NCBI GenBank assembly: GCA_044376115.1
Contig: JBILLK010000006.1
Coordinates: 256,001-320,000 of the forward strand
Direction: 5' to 3'
From: Polyangiaceae bacterium
GTDB lineage: Bacteria > Myxococcota_A > Polyangia > Polyangiales > Polyangiaceae
DNA length: 64,000 nt
In this document: positions 38,238 through 47,390 of the stretch, piece by piece
Layout of the letters: each line of letters begins with the position of its first letter
Position numbering within the stretch: the stretch's first letter is position 1
Translations under genes and position numbers: made by a program
The notes under the pieces: model-generated
Told to the model about the DNA's origin: nothing
The model's database searches: none
What the model saw: only the letters and a program-made list of their open reading frames with translations

Positions 38238-38708
38238 ATGAAACCCTGGAAGCGGCTCCTCCCAAGCTTGTGGCTCATCGCTCTCGCAGCGTGCGTGGCG
38301 ACGCCGCTTCCTCAGCCTCCCGAATTCGAACTTGATGCAGACCTGGTCGAGGCCGATCCGCTCGATGCAGGCGTTACCTTCCAGGGCGCGCCGGGCGCCT
38401 TGACGCCAGGTCCGGTCGAGCTGCGCGTCACGCCGGCACCAACCGATACGGACCCTCCCCTCAGCCAAGGCTCAGCGCAGGTCGCGGCGGATGGCTCGTT
38501 CACGGTGTTCGTGCTCTCTCCGCTAGTGAACACCTTCTACTTTGAGGCGATCAGCGCGGACGCCGACGTCTTCGTGGGCGCCCTGACGATCGACGCCGGG
38601 ATCGTGATCGAGGCGGACCCAGGCCCAGACACTGACGGGGATGGCTCCCCCGATGAGATCGATTGTGCGCCGCAGGACCCAGCGCGCAGCGGTCAGCGCT
38701 GCAATTGA
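38238..38708 (+). CDS. Lipoprotein with Ig-like segment and acidic thrombospondin-type-3-like motif
   Basis: Lipobox LAAC; GAPGA, ADGSF; DTDGDGSPDEIDC. Confidence 0.7.
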   Translation: MKPWKRLLPSLWLIALAACVATPLPQPPEFELDADLVEADPLDAGVTFQGAPGALTPGPVELRVTPAPTDTDPPLSQGSAQVAADGSFTVFVLSPLVNTFYFEAISADADVFVGALTIDAGIVIEADPGPDTDGDGSPDEIDCAPQDPARSGQRCN

Positions 38709-38774
38709 TTGAGTGGTTGCGAGGAGGGCTGCGGACTTTTTTATTGCGCTATTGGTCTCTTCCGTTATGCGCGA

Positions 38775-39278
38775 CTAGCAGCCCATGGCACAGCCGCCCT
38801 TGCCTTTGCACTCGTTCTTTCCGGCGCAATCATGCTGGTCCGTCTTGCACATCCCCTTGCCCTTGCACTCGTTGAGTCCCCTGCAACAAGCCTTCGCCGT
38901 GGGCTTGACCTTCTTCGGCTCGGCGGGGGATGAAGTGGGTTTGGCCTTGATGGGGGCTGCTACCTGAGCGGTCGCGCTTGCTGTGGCCACGGGTACCGCC
39001 GACGCTGTTGCGACAGCCGTGACCTGCGGCTCTGGCGTTGGAGCTGGTTGTTCCGCAACCGGCTCTACAGCCGGCTCAGCGGTGGGGACGGCGGCGCTGG
39101 GGCTTGCACTGGCCTGTGCCGAAGCCAGCCCGTAGTAGTCGGCGAGCACGGCATCTCGTGACAAAGGCTCCGGCTCCGACTTGGTGCCACCGCAGCCGGC
39201 GAGCAACCCAACCACAGCGGCGCGGCCGAGGGTGATCGCAAGAAGCTCCGAGCTTGGCGGCGGAAGGACGTTCGACAT
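38775..39278 (-). CDS. Lipoprotein with Ala/Pro stalk and C-terminal CxGxNECKGKGxC repeats (bufferin/MNIO-precursor-like)
   Basis: Lipobox LAGC; C-terminus KACCRGLNECKGKGMCKTDQHDCAGKNECKGKGGCAMGC. Confidence 0.7.
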   Translation of the reverse strand: MSNVLPPPSSELLAITLGRAAVVGLLAGCGGTKSEPEPLSRDAVLADYYGLASAQASASPSAAVPTAEPAVEPVAEQPAPTPEPQVTAVATASAVPVATASATAQVAAPIKAKPTSSPAEPKKVKPTAKACCRGLNECKGKGMCKTDQHDCAGKNECKGKGGCAMGC

Positions 39279-39395
39279 GCGCGGACTTTAGCCCGTCTGT
39301 CGTCTACCGCGTAGCTCAAATTGGTGACAACGTGCGAGGTGCGAGCGCTAAGCGTCAATGGGCTGGCGCTCACCAATGCTTAGTTGCAATGATGA

Positions 39396-40121
39396 CTACG
39401 GGCGATTGGGCTCCGCTACTCGCGCGAGGCGGCGGTAGCGCGGTCCCTCGAGGTTCTCGGTCTCGTACTCGACGAGGCCTCGTTCATCGATGCAGAGCCG
39501 CTCGACGGTGTCCCCGTAGCCCATGGTGACTTTGCAACGAGTAATGGAGCAATAGCCGCGCTCCCCCGATGGCTCTCCGACCCGCGTGCAGGGAATGCTG
39601 TCTTGGGCGTCCCCTGCATCGAAGGTCGCAGCATAGGGGGCACGGGTGAGGAAGCCAGCACTCGAGATGATCGGAATCGTGGACTCGCCTTGCCAGAACA
39701 GCCCCAGCGCACTGGCCGAGAATGAAAGGTCAAAGTCAATCTCCTCCGCGCTACAGCTCATTCGCCCGCGGGTGCGGTCGTCGAGCGTGAAAGGCTCGAG
39801 AGTGCGGCAGCGCACGCGCACAACGAGCTCGCTACGCTCACCACTAACATCGTGCGGATCAACGTCGTCCAGATACTGGAAGAACCCCTTGTCTTCGGGA
39901 CGGAACAGCGCAGCGAACTGGTTCTGGATCGCAGCGTCGCCATCCGAGCGGCTGGAGGTAGGCGCGGTGCTTGGTGGCAAGGCTCCACTGGTCGGCGCAC
40001 TATGCGAAAGAGCCGTCGCTTTAGGTGGGCTGTTCTCAAGGCTAAGTGGGCCTTGGTTGACAGACGTGCACCCAGCAGCGGAGACCAGCAAAAAGGAGAC
40101 TCTTGACGCAGCGGACGTCAT
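39396..40121 (-). CDS. Hypothetical lipoprotein
   Basis: ATG 40121 gives MTSAASRVSFLLVSAAGC (lipobox); fills the gap between neighbours. Confidence 0.55.
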   Translation of the reverse strand: MTSAASRVSFLLVSAAGCTSVNQGPLSLENSPPKATALSHSAPTSGALPPSTAPTSSRSDGDAAIQNQFAALFRPEDKGFFQYLDDVDPHDVSGERSELVVRVRCRTLEPFTLDDRTRGRMSCSAEEIDFDLSFSASALGLFWQGESTIPIISSAGFLTRAPYAATFDAGDAQDSIPCTRVGEPSGERGYCSITRCKVTMGYGDTVERLCIDERGLVEYETENLEGPRYRRLARVAEPNRP

Positions 40122-40167
40122 CACGCTCGTGCGAGTGTAGCCGCCTTCCACCGTGGCCGGGAGACGG

Positions 40168-40611
40168 TCAGCCTGGCGGCAGAAAGTGAATGCCGTGTTG
40201 ATTGCCAATCTCCGGCACCCTGGGGCCGTCTTCTGGTGCCTTTACCTCACGATGCACCTGGCGAAAGAAGCCAGCTGCGCTCGCCGGCGCGTCTAGGATG
40301 AGTAGCCTTGCAGGCGTCTCCGAGAGCCCCTGGAACGCGTGAACTACTCCTGCTGGCGCGTACAGGAAGTCTCCCGCCTTCACGATCCGGACTGTCTCTC
40401 CTAGCGTAAAGCGTACCTCCCCATCTGCGATGTAGTACGCCTCATCCCAATTGTGATGGTGCGGAGGTGGCCCCGCGTCCTTGGGCAAGAGCACCTCCAT
40501 GAGGGAGAATGCCGTTTCTGTGTGTTTACCCTCACACAAGAAGCGCACGTCTGCGCCCAAAACTCTTAGCGCTGGAGCTGGGTCATGCGGAAGAAATATG
40601 GGCTGTTTCAT
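40168..40611 (-). CDS. Cupin domain protein
   Basis: GPPPHHHNWDEAYYIADGEV and GDFLYAPAGVVHAF cupin motifs. Confidence 0.88.
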   Translation of the reverse strand: MKQPIFLPHDPAPALRVLGADVRFLCEGKHTETAFSLMEVLLPKDAGPPPHHHNWDEAYYIADGEVRFTLGETVRIVKAGDFLYAPAGVVHAFQGLSETPARLLILDAPASAAGFFRQVHREVKAPEDGPRVPEIGNQHGIHFLPPG

Positions 40612-40661
40612 CTCACCCTCTCGACTTCGTGAATAGGGGTCTTGGGTCCAATCGTAGCGAA

Positions 40662-40698
40662 TGTCATAGACTATGACACTGTGACATGGTTAATGTCA
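40662..40698. promoter_or_regulatory. Paired inverted repeats, probable TetR operator
   Basis: TGTCATAG-a-CTATGACA (40662-40678) and TGACAT-ggtta-ATGTCA (40682-40698). Confidence 0.65.
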
Positions 40699-40699
40699 A

Positions 40700-41296
40700 T
40701 TGGTGGGTAAAGTCTCGGCTTCTAGAGTTCCGCTCGCGCTTGGCGAGCGCCACGTAGAGAATACTCGTCAGTGGATCGTCGCGGCGGCTACGGACCTGCT
40801 GGAACAAGAAGGTGGGATGACCTTGACGAACGCTTCGATCGCAGCTCGTTGCGGCATCTCGGAGCGTACGCTTTACCGTCACTATGCTTCTCGGGAAGTC
40901 CTCCTCAACGAGGTTGCGACAGAGGTTTGGCGCAGGCTCGATACACCCCCAGTGCCAGGGAGTTTGACCGAGTTGCTCGACTATCCGGAGCTCCTCTTTG
41001 GTCGATTCGAGGAGCGCTCGGCGTTGACCCGAGCCGCGCTACAGTCTGAACTTTTTTCTCGGCTACGCGACGGGGTCTCAGCGTCGCGAGGGACGGCGCT
41101 CAAGCGGCTACTTGCCCGGGATCTTCCTGCGAGTAGCAACACGCAGCGCCTACTCACTGCCAACAACTTGCGCTTCTTGTTAACGGCCACCACCTGGAAC
41201 TACTACCGGTGCAATCTTCAACTCAGTGCCGAGGTCACGGTTGCAACCGTGCGTTTGGCTGTGGACTGTCTATTGGCAGGGCTTCGCCCGGCGTAG
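40700..41296 (+). CDS. TetR/AcrR family regulator
   Basis: IVAAATDLL...LTNASIAARCGISERTLYRHYASREVLL. Confidence 0.85.
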   Translation: MVGKVSASRVPLALGERHVENTRQWIVAAATDLLEQEGGMTLTNASIAARCGISERTLYRHYASREVLLNEVATEVWRRLDTPPVPGSLTELLDYPELLFGRFEERSALTRAALQSELFSRLRDGVSASRGTALKRLLARDLPASSNTQRLLTANNLRFLLTATTWNYYRCNLQLSAEVTVATVRLAVDCLLAGLRPA

Positions 41297-41346
41297 CGTT
41301 GGTCGAGTGCTCCCAACGCGCGTCAGGAATGTGCGAAGGTACGTTC

Positions 41347-42351
41347 ATGCGCTCGATCGTTCTTGGCCTAGGTGCTCTCTCGCTAGCGGTGTTGGGATGT
41401 GGGGATGACGGTGAGAATGGCGCGGGTGGCGCGGGCGCCGGTGCGCAAGGCGGCAGCGGCGCTGGCGACGCTCTCCCGAGCGCTGGTTGTGAGCAGGCGG
41501 CCTTGTATCCCAGCGGGGCGACAACCGAGGGTGAGCTGCAGTTTGCTGAGCTGACACGCACCTTTCGTGTGCACGTTCCCGCCAGCGCAACGGACGGGGC
41601 GGCGTTGCCTTTGGTGCTGATGTTTCATGGCGGCGGGGGCAGCGGCAAGCAGCTCGAAGAGTCGTCCTCAAAGATGAATCTCGTCGCCGATGCCGAGGGC
41701 TTCATCGCCGTTTACCCGGATGGAACCGGCCCCATTCGAACCTGGAACGCTGGGGGCTGTTGTGGCTCCGCGGTGAAGAACGAGGTTGACGATGTCGGCT
41801 TCGTCAACGCGTTGCTGGATCATTTGGAGAGTTCGTTGTGCTTGGACCGAAGGCGTGTCTTCGCCGCCGGGATGTCGAACGGAGGCATGCTTACGCACCG
41901 GCTGGCATGTGAACTCCCGGAGCGGTTTGGTGCTTTCGTGCCGGTGGCCAGCGGCGACCTGCTGCCCGAGTGCACGCCCAGTGTACCGGTTCCGCTAATG
42001 CATATACACGGCACGGAAGATGGGCATGTCCCCGTTGAAGGCGGGCTGGGCTGTGGACCTTCAGGGGTGGACTATCCGCCGCTTGCGCAGACGATGGAGC
42101 GGAGGCGCGTGGCCAACGGCTGTGAGCCCACTAGCAGTGAATCCTTCTCGGAGGGAGACGGCACTTGTGTGGCCTATGAAGGCTGTGAGGCTGACGTATT
42201 GTTGTGTCTCGTGGAAGGGGGCGGGCACAATTGGCCAGGCGGCGAGCCGCCTGGCGGGTTGATTGAGTGCCCCGCCGATGGCGGGCAGAGCACGTCGTTC
42301 AGCGCAAGCGAGCAGGCCTGGGCCTTCTTCAAGAGTCACCCAAAGCCGTAA
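41347..42351 (+). CDS. PHB-depolymerase/LpqC-family esterase lipoprotein
   Basis: Lipobox VLGC; LVLMFHGGGG, AVYPDG, WNAGGCCG, DDVGFV, GMSNGG nucleophile elbow, HGTED, GGGHNWPG. Confidence 0.87.
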   Translation: MRSIVLGLGALSLAVLGCGDDGENGAGGAGAGAQGGSGAGDALPSAGCEQAALYPSGATTEGELQFAELTRTFRVHVPASATDGAALPLVLMFHGGGGSGKQLEESSSKMNLVADAEGFIAVYPDGTGPIRTWNAGGCCGSAVKNEVDDVGFVNALLDHLESSLCLDRRRVFAAGMSNGGMLTHRLACELPERFGAFVPVASGDLLPECTPSVPVPLMHIHGTEDGHVPVEGGLGCGPSGVDYPPLAQTMERRRVANGCEPTSSESFSEGDGTCVAYEGCEADVLLCLVEGGGHNWPGGEPPGGLIECPADGGQSTSFSASEQAWAFFKSHPKP

Positions 42352-42353
42352 GC

Positions 42354-45300
42354 CTACCCAGCCACCACGTGTGCGGGCGCTGTCACGATCTTCTCCTGAT
42401 CTGCATCGTCCGCGTGGATCTCCGGCGCCAACAGCTTGTAGAGCACGGGCGTGACCACGCGCGCCAGCAACGTTGAGCTGATGAGCCCGCCCATCAGCAC
42501 GATCGCCAGTGGCGAATAGAGCGGTGACCGCTCCAACGCGAGCGGTACCAAGCCACCGAGCGCTGTCAGCGTGGTCAGCAGGATCGGCACGAACCGAATC
42601 TCGCCGGCCTTTTGAATCGCTTCTTCGAGCGATACACCCTCCGCTCGCAGCTGATTGGTGAAGTCCACCAAAAGAATCGAGTTCTTTACCTCGATGCCCA
42701 TCAGCGCGACGAAGCCGATGGTCGCCGTGAAGGACAGCGTATTTCCAGTGAGATAAAGCGCGGCGAGTCCGCCAGCAATTCCGAGCGGCACCACGCTTGC
42801 GACGATCAGCGTGCTCTTGAACGTACGGAACTCAAGAATCAGCACGGCAAGCACGCCAAAGAGAGCGACCAGGCTGGCGATGCCGATGCCACCAAAGCTC
42901 TCCTGCCTGCTCTCGATTTCTCCAGCCGCCACCACCTTCACTCCAGGCGTATTCGGTAGCGCCGCGACCTTGGCGAGAATGGACTTGGTCAGTTGATCGG
43001 TATTGAAGCCGCGCTGGACCTGGGCCGAGACAATCGCCGTGCGCTGCCGATTATAGTGGCGTATCGCAGTGGGGGAAGGTTCGAGCTCCAGGCTCGCGAC
43101 TTGGGACAGCGGTACCGCGCCTCCTTTGCTTGATACGACGAATACGTCGTCGAATAGCCGCATTGTCGGTCGGACGGCTCCGGGTACCGTGCTCGCCTGT
43201 TGCTCGTCGCGCGCCAGCAAGAGCCTTACGTCGATGGCGTCGTCGCGACCGTCGAGTCGGTAGTCTGCGGCGACGAGCCCCGAGAGCGCCAGCCGCACCG
43301 ATCGGTCCACGTCGGCTTGCGCGACTCCCAAGGCCGCCGCTTTCTCCCGCTCCACGTTGACTCGAAAGTCGGTTTGCCGATCTTTGGACGGATTGCGTAC
43401 GTCGCGAGTGCCCGGCGTTTCAGCGACGATGCTCTCGAGGTTGCGGGCCACAGCCTCAATCTTGGTGGGGTCGCTGCCGAGGACCCGCAGCGCAATAGGC
43501 GCATCGACAGGGGGGCCATTCTCGAACTCTTTCAGCTCGATCTTGGCTCCGGCGTAGCCGCTCAGGTCGGCTCGCACGCCCTCGAGTACCGCCGCGACCG
43601 ACTCCCCGCCGTGGCCCTTTAGTTGGGCGAAGACCTCCGCGTAGTTCGCGCGTTCATCCTTGGAGGCTACGTTGTAATAAATTTGTGGATTGCCTCTGCC
43701 GATGCTCGTCGCGACGTTCTCCACCTCGGGGTGATTGGCAAGTACCGCTTCGACGTGGCGGGCCGCGCGGTTGGTCTCCTCGAGGCTCGCACCTTGAGGG
43801 GTCTCAATCGTTATTAAAAACTGTGGCGTATTGGCCTTGGGAAACAGGCTGAAGCCGATGGCGGGGATGAGCGCAAAGCTGCCCAACACGAGCGCCACTC
43901 CCACCAAGATCGCTGTCTTGGGGAAGCGCAAGGCGCGCGAGAGCACCGGACGAAAGCTGCCTTCGACGAGCCAAGTCATCGCGCGGAAGACCACGTTGCC
44001 ATGTTCATGCTCTGGCTTGAGCAAGCGGCTGGCGAGGAACGGCACGATGGTGAGCGAGACCAGCAGGGAGGCAGCGATCGTTACAACCACGGCAACGGGC
44101 ATGCTGCGAATGAACTGGCCGGCGGTTCCGGGTAGAAAAAGCAGAGGTACGAACGCAAGGATGAGCGTGGCCGTGCAGCCGAGTACGCTCAAGGTGATCT
44201 GCCGCGTCGCGCCGATGGCCGCCTCGGCCGGGGCGATGCCTTCACGGACCCAGCGGGCGATATTCTCCACCACCACCACGGAGTCATCGACCAGGAGGCC
44301 GAGCGCGATGACGAAGCCGACGATCGACAGCTGGTTGATACTGAACCCGAAGGCGTGGAGCATGGTCAGCCCGATCGCGAGCGAGAGCGGAATGGAGATC
44401 ATCACCACCAGCGAGGCGCGCATTCCCAGCGGTAACAGCGTGACCAGCACGAGCAGGATGGCCAGGCCGAAGTCTCGTACGAAGCCTGATAGCCGATGTT
44501 CGACGTTCTTCGACTGATCGAAGCCTCTCGCGAGCTGGATGCTCGGCGGGAGCTCCGTCTCGAAGTTGTCGAGCTCGCGTCCGAGCGCCTCGCGCACGGC
44601 AAACACGTTCTGGCCCTCCTTCTGCGGGGCAGCGAGCAGCACCGCACGTTGACCGTCCTGGCGCGCAAAGCTGCGTGCTTCAGCGTCGACCAAGCTCACC
44701 TCGGCTAGGTCGCGAACGCGCAATACGTCACCTGCAGGCCCCGTGCGTAATGGTGTGTCCGCGATCTCCTCGACGCTGGTGTAGTCGCCGCTCGTTTTTA
44801 CGGAGAGCTGCCGCGTTCCGGCGTCGACACTGCCTGCGGGGATGTTGGCGGCCTCGAGGCCGATAGCGTTGGCGACCTCCAGTGGGGAGACGCCGAGCGC
44901 GACCATTCGTCGGATGTCCAAGGCGACAGCGACTTCCTGTTCGGGCAGCCCGCGGATAACGACGTCCCCGACTCCGGGCGTCCCTTCGAGCTGGCGTTCA
45001 AGCGCTCGCGCGCGTTCGGAGAGCTCGCGATAGGTGGCTGTTTCGCTGACCAGCGCGACTTGAAGGATAGCGACGTTGGCTGCGTTGAAGCGACGGATGT
45101 CGAGCATCGCCAGCTCCTTGGGGAGCTCTGGCTTGGCGGCGCTGGTCTCGCGCAGGACGGCGTCATACTTCGCGTCGGCGTCGACCCCGGCGTAGAACTC
45201 CACCTGAATCACCGCCAAGCTCTCGGTGATCTCCGTCTTGATGTTCTTGACGTCGTCGAGCCGGTCGAGCCGCGCCTCGAGCGGATCCACTATCAACCGT

Positions 45301-45479
45301 TCGAGGTCCGCAGGCGTGCCGCCTGGAAGCACCGCGACGACGGCGAAGTTCGGTACAGGGAAGGTCGGGTCTTCGGCCTTTGGAATGGCGATTAGGGATT
45401 GCACGCCCAGACAGAACAGCCCGAACAAGAGCACAATCGTCAGCTGCCAGCGTTTGACCGCAAATGAGGTAAACATCAT
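42354..45479 (-). CDS. RND efflux permease (AcrB/AcrD/AcrF family)
   Basis: 1041 aa; GLLVDDSVVVVEN, KNSILLVDF, RFVPILLTTLT. Confidence 0.93.
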   Translation of the reverse strand: MMFTSFAVKRWQLTIVLLFGLFCLGVQSLIAIPKAEDPTFPVPNFAVVAVLPGGTPADLERLIVDPLEARLDRLDDVKNIKTEITESLAVIQVEFYAGVDADAKYDAVLRETSAAKPELPKELAMLDIRRFNAANVAILQVALVSETATYRELSERARALERQLEGTPGVGDVVIRGLPEQEVAVALDIRRMVALGVSPLEVANAIGLEAANIPAGSVDAGTRQLSVKTSGDYTSVEEIADTPLRTGPAGDVLRVRDLAEVSLVDAEARSFARQDGQRAVLLAAPQKEGQNVFAVREALGRELDNFETELPPSIQLARGFDQSKNVEHRLSGFVRDFGLAILLVLVTLLPLGMRASLVVMISIPLSLAIGLTMLHAFGFSINQLSIVGFVIALGLLVDDSVVVVENIARWVREGIAPAEAAIGATRQITLSVLGCTATLILAFVPLLFLPGTAGQFIRSMPVAVVVTIAASLLVSLTIVPFLASRLLKPEHEHGNVVFRAMTWLVEGSFRPVLSRALRFPKTAILVGVALVLGSFALIPAIGFSLFPKANTPQFLITIETPQGASLEETNRAARHVEAVLANHPEVENVATSIGRGNPQIYYNVASKDERANYAEVFAQLKGHGGESVAAVLEGVRADLSGYAGAKIELKEFENGPPVDAPIALRVLGSDPTKIEAVARNLESIVAETPGTRDVRNPSKDRQTDFRVNVEREKAAALGVAQADVDRSVRLALSGLVAADYRLDGRDDAIDVRLLLARDEQQASTVPGAVRPTMRLFDDVFVVSSKGGAVPLSQVASLELEPSPTAIRHYNRQRTAIVSAQVQRGFNTDQLTKSILAKVAALPNTPGVKVVAAGEIESRQESFGGIGIASLVALFGVLAVLILEFRTFKSTLIVASVVPLGIAGGLAALYLTGNTLSFTATIGFVALMGIEVKNSILLVDFTNQLRAEGVSLEEAIQKAGEIRFVPILLTTLTALGGLVPLALERSPLYSPLAIVLMGGLISSTLLARVVTPVLYKLLAPEIHADDADQEKIVTAPAHVVAG

Positions 45480-46552
45480 TCACCTCCGGCTGCGGAGTTC
45501 ACCTTCACCTCGACGCCGTCAACGAGGTCGGCGGTGCCGCGGATCACCACCGGTTGATTGGCGGGCAGCTCGGTTGACAGCCCAGCGACGCCGTCGGCGA
45601 GCGACCCCACTTCCACGGCTCGCCGTTTGGCGTAGCCGTTCTCAATGGTGAATACGGCGGCGTGTTTGCCTTCGCCGTCGACGAGCGCCGCGAGCGGGAC
45701 CACCGCCTGCGCAGGCTCCGCACGGTCGAACTCGACGCGCGCTACGAGCCCGCTCCGTGCGGTGAGCGGAAGATCCTCCGGCAGTAGGACCTCCGCAGTG
45801 AAGGTGCCGGTCGCTGGGTTCGCCAAGCGGGCGATGTCACCCAGCCGCGCCTCCACCGAACGACCAGGTAGAGCGTCGAATACGACGCGGGCGCTCTGGC
45901 CTGAGCGGAGCGCAGCCGCTTCCCGATCCGAGAGGGCGACATCCACCGCCCAGCCGCGTTCGAGGCCGAGAAAGGCGACCACCGGCCTGCCTGGCGCGAT
46001 GACCTCCCCGGGCTCGACCAAGCGTTGTTCAATGATGCCGGCGGTTGGCGCGAGCAGCACGGTGTGGCGTTCATTGAAGCCAGCCATCTGCGCGGAAGCG
46101 CGCGCGATGCGAGCCGCGGTTTGCGCGTCATCCAGCGTCGCCTTGGGCACCGCGCCCTCTTTCGCGAGCGCTGTCGCTCGCGCGAGATCGCGATCTGCCT
46201 TCTGCAATCCGTCTCGCGCTTGGGCTGCCGAGGCCGAGTACTCGACCGGATCGATCGTGGCCAGAACCTGGCCCTTCTTTACCCTCTGACCGGGTTCGAC
46301 GAGCACGTTGCCGAGGACGCCCCCAACCTTGAAGCCCAAGGACTGGGCTTGTCGTGAGCGCACCAAGCCCGAGACCTTCAGCGGCCGATTGAGAGGCCCG
46401 AGTTGCACCTGCGCCACCTCCACGACCGGCACCGGGCGCTCTTTTCCAGCCGCCGCCGCCTGCGAAATCTCCGGGGAACAGCCTGCTTGTGAACCAACGA
46501 TCGCGGAGCAGCCGAGTGCAAGAACGAGGTTGCGCCAGTGACTCATGTGCAT
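45476..46552 (-). CDS. RND membrane fusion (periplasmic adaptor) lipoprotein
   Basis: Lipobox-like QAGC; LGFKVGG, VEPGQRVKKGQVLATID, LLAPTAG, VVPLAALV. Confidence 0.9.
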   Translation of the reverse strand: MHMSHWRNLVLALGCSAIVGSQAGCSPEISQAAAAGKERPVPVVEVAQVQLGPLNRPLKVSGLVRSRQAQSLGFKVGGVLGNVLVEPGQRVKKGQVLATIDPVEYSASAAQARDGLQKADRDLARATALAKEGAVPKATLDDAQTAARIARASAQMAGFNERHTVLLAPTAGIIEQRLVEPGEVIAPGRPVVAFLGLERGWAVDVALSDREAAALRSGQSARVVFDALPGRSVEARLGDIARLANPATGTFTAEVLLPEDLPLTARSGLVARVEFDRAEPAQAVVPLAALVDGEGKHAAVFTIENGYAKRRAVEVGSLADGVAGLSTELPANQPVVIRGTADLVDGVEVKVNSAAGGE

Positions 46553-46556
46553 AGAA

Positions 46557-46569
46557 TGAACGCTGTTTA
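46557..46569. promoter_or_regulatory. Imperfect dyad, probable TetR operator just upstream of the MFP start
   Basis: TGAAC-gct-GTTTA in an AT-rich divergent gap. Confidence 0.4.
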
Positions 46570-46637
46570 GTTCTCAGTCAACGAACTTTCAAGTGCTCAC
46601 CCTGACGCCGGTGGGTCTGTGCGGTAGAGGAGTAACG

Positions 46638-47345
46638 ATGGGTGCAGTCGAGCGACGAGAACGAGAGAAGGCCGCACTGCGGCGGAAGATCCTCGATGCC
46701 GGTCGCGAGATCCTGGTCGCTGATGGCTACCAAGCGCTGACCATGCGCAAGCTCGCGGAGAAGATCGAGTACACGCCAGGCGCGCTTTACATTCACTTCC
46801 CCGACAAAGACGCGCTGGTTCGGGCCATCTGCCAGTCGGATATGCAAGAGTTCGCGCAGCGTTGTCTCGTGGCGTTGCAGACCCCGGAGCCGATTGACCA
46901 GCTGCGTTCCTTGGCGCGCCTGTACGCCCGTTTTGCGCTGGAGCATCCGCAGCAATACAAGGTGCTGTTCGTGCTCGACCCGGTGCCACCGTTTTCACAC
47001 GACGACTTGGTGGAGCGTGGCAACCCCGAGAGCGACGCCTATGCGATTCTCGAGATCGCCGTTTCCAACGCGCTCGCGGCTGGACATTTCCCGGCCTTTC
47101 ACGACCGTCCGCAGCTGGTTGCCCAGCTACTTTGGGCAGCGATGCACGGTGTGGTCGCGATCGAGAATCGTCGCCACGAGGGGATGCAGATCCCCTTCGA
47201 GCCCATTGAACTACGCGTCGAGGCTATGTGCGACACGATGCTCGTCGGCCTCGCCGCGTGCACGAGCGTGACTTCATCGACCTCGTCGTCGCCTGCAAAG
47301 CCCACGAGCAAGGGCGCAGCTGCGAGGCGGCTTCGAACCGTCTAG
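46638..47345 (+). CDS. TetR family regulator with WHG-type C-terminal domain
   Basis: SD GAGGAG; RRKILDAGREI...LTMRKLAEKIEYTPGALYIHFPDKDAL; LWAAMHG. Confidence 0.9.
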   Translation: MGAVERREREKAALRRKILDAGREILVADGYQALTMRKLAEKIEYTPGALYIHFPDKDALVRAICQSDMQEFAQRCLVALQTPEPIDQLRSLARLYARFALEHPQQYKVLFVLDPVPPFSHDDLVERGNPESDAYAILEIAVSNALAAGHFPAFHDRPQLVAQLLWAAMHGVVAIENRRHEGMQIPFEPIELRVEAMCDTMLVGLAACTSVTSSTSSSPAKPTSKGAAARRLRTV

Positions 47346-47390
47346 CGATTGGCTCCGTCCAGCTCTAGCGATTGGCTATTCTGCGTGGCT

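Noticed and set aside
37668..38468. N-terminal ~270 aa of the 1739-aa ORF
   Set aside because: It is antisense to two convincing lipoprotein genes (one with a strong SD); kinase-like sequence only begins near 37580.
39300..39330. ECF sigma promoter (TGTCACC...) upstream of the bufferin-like gene
   Set aside because: The -35-like element is present on the minus strand, but there is no convincing -10 element at the expected spacing.
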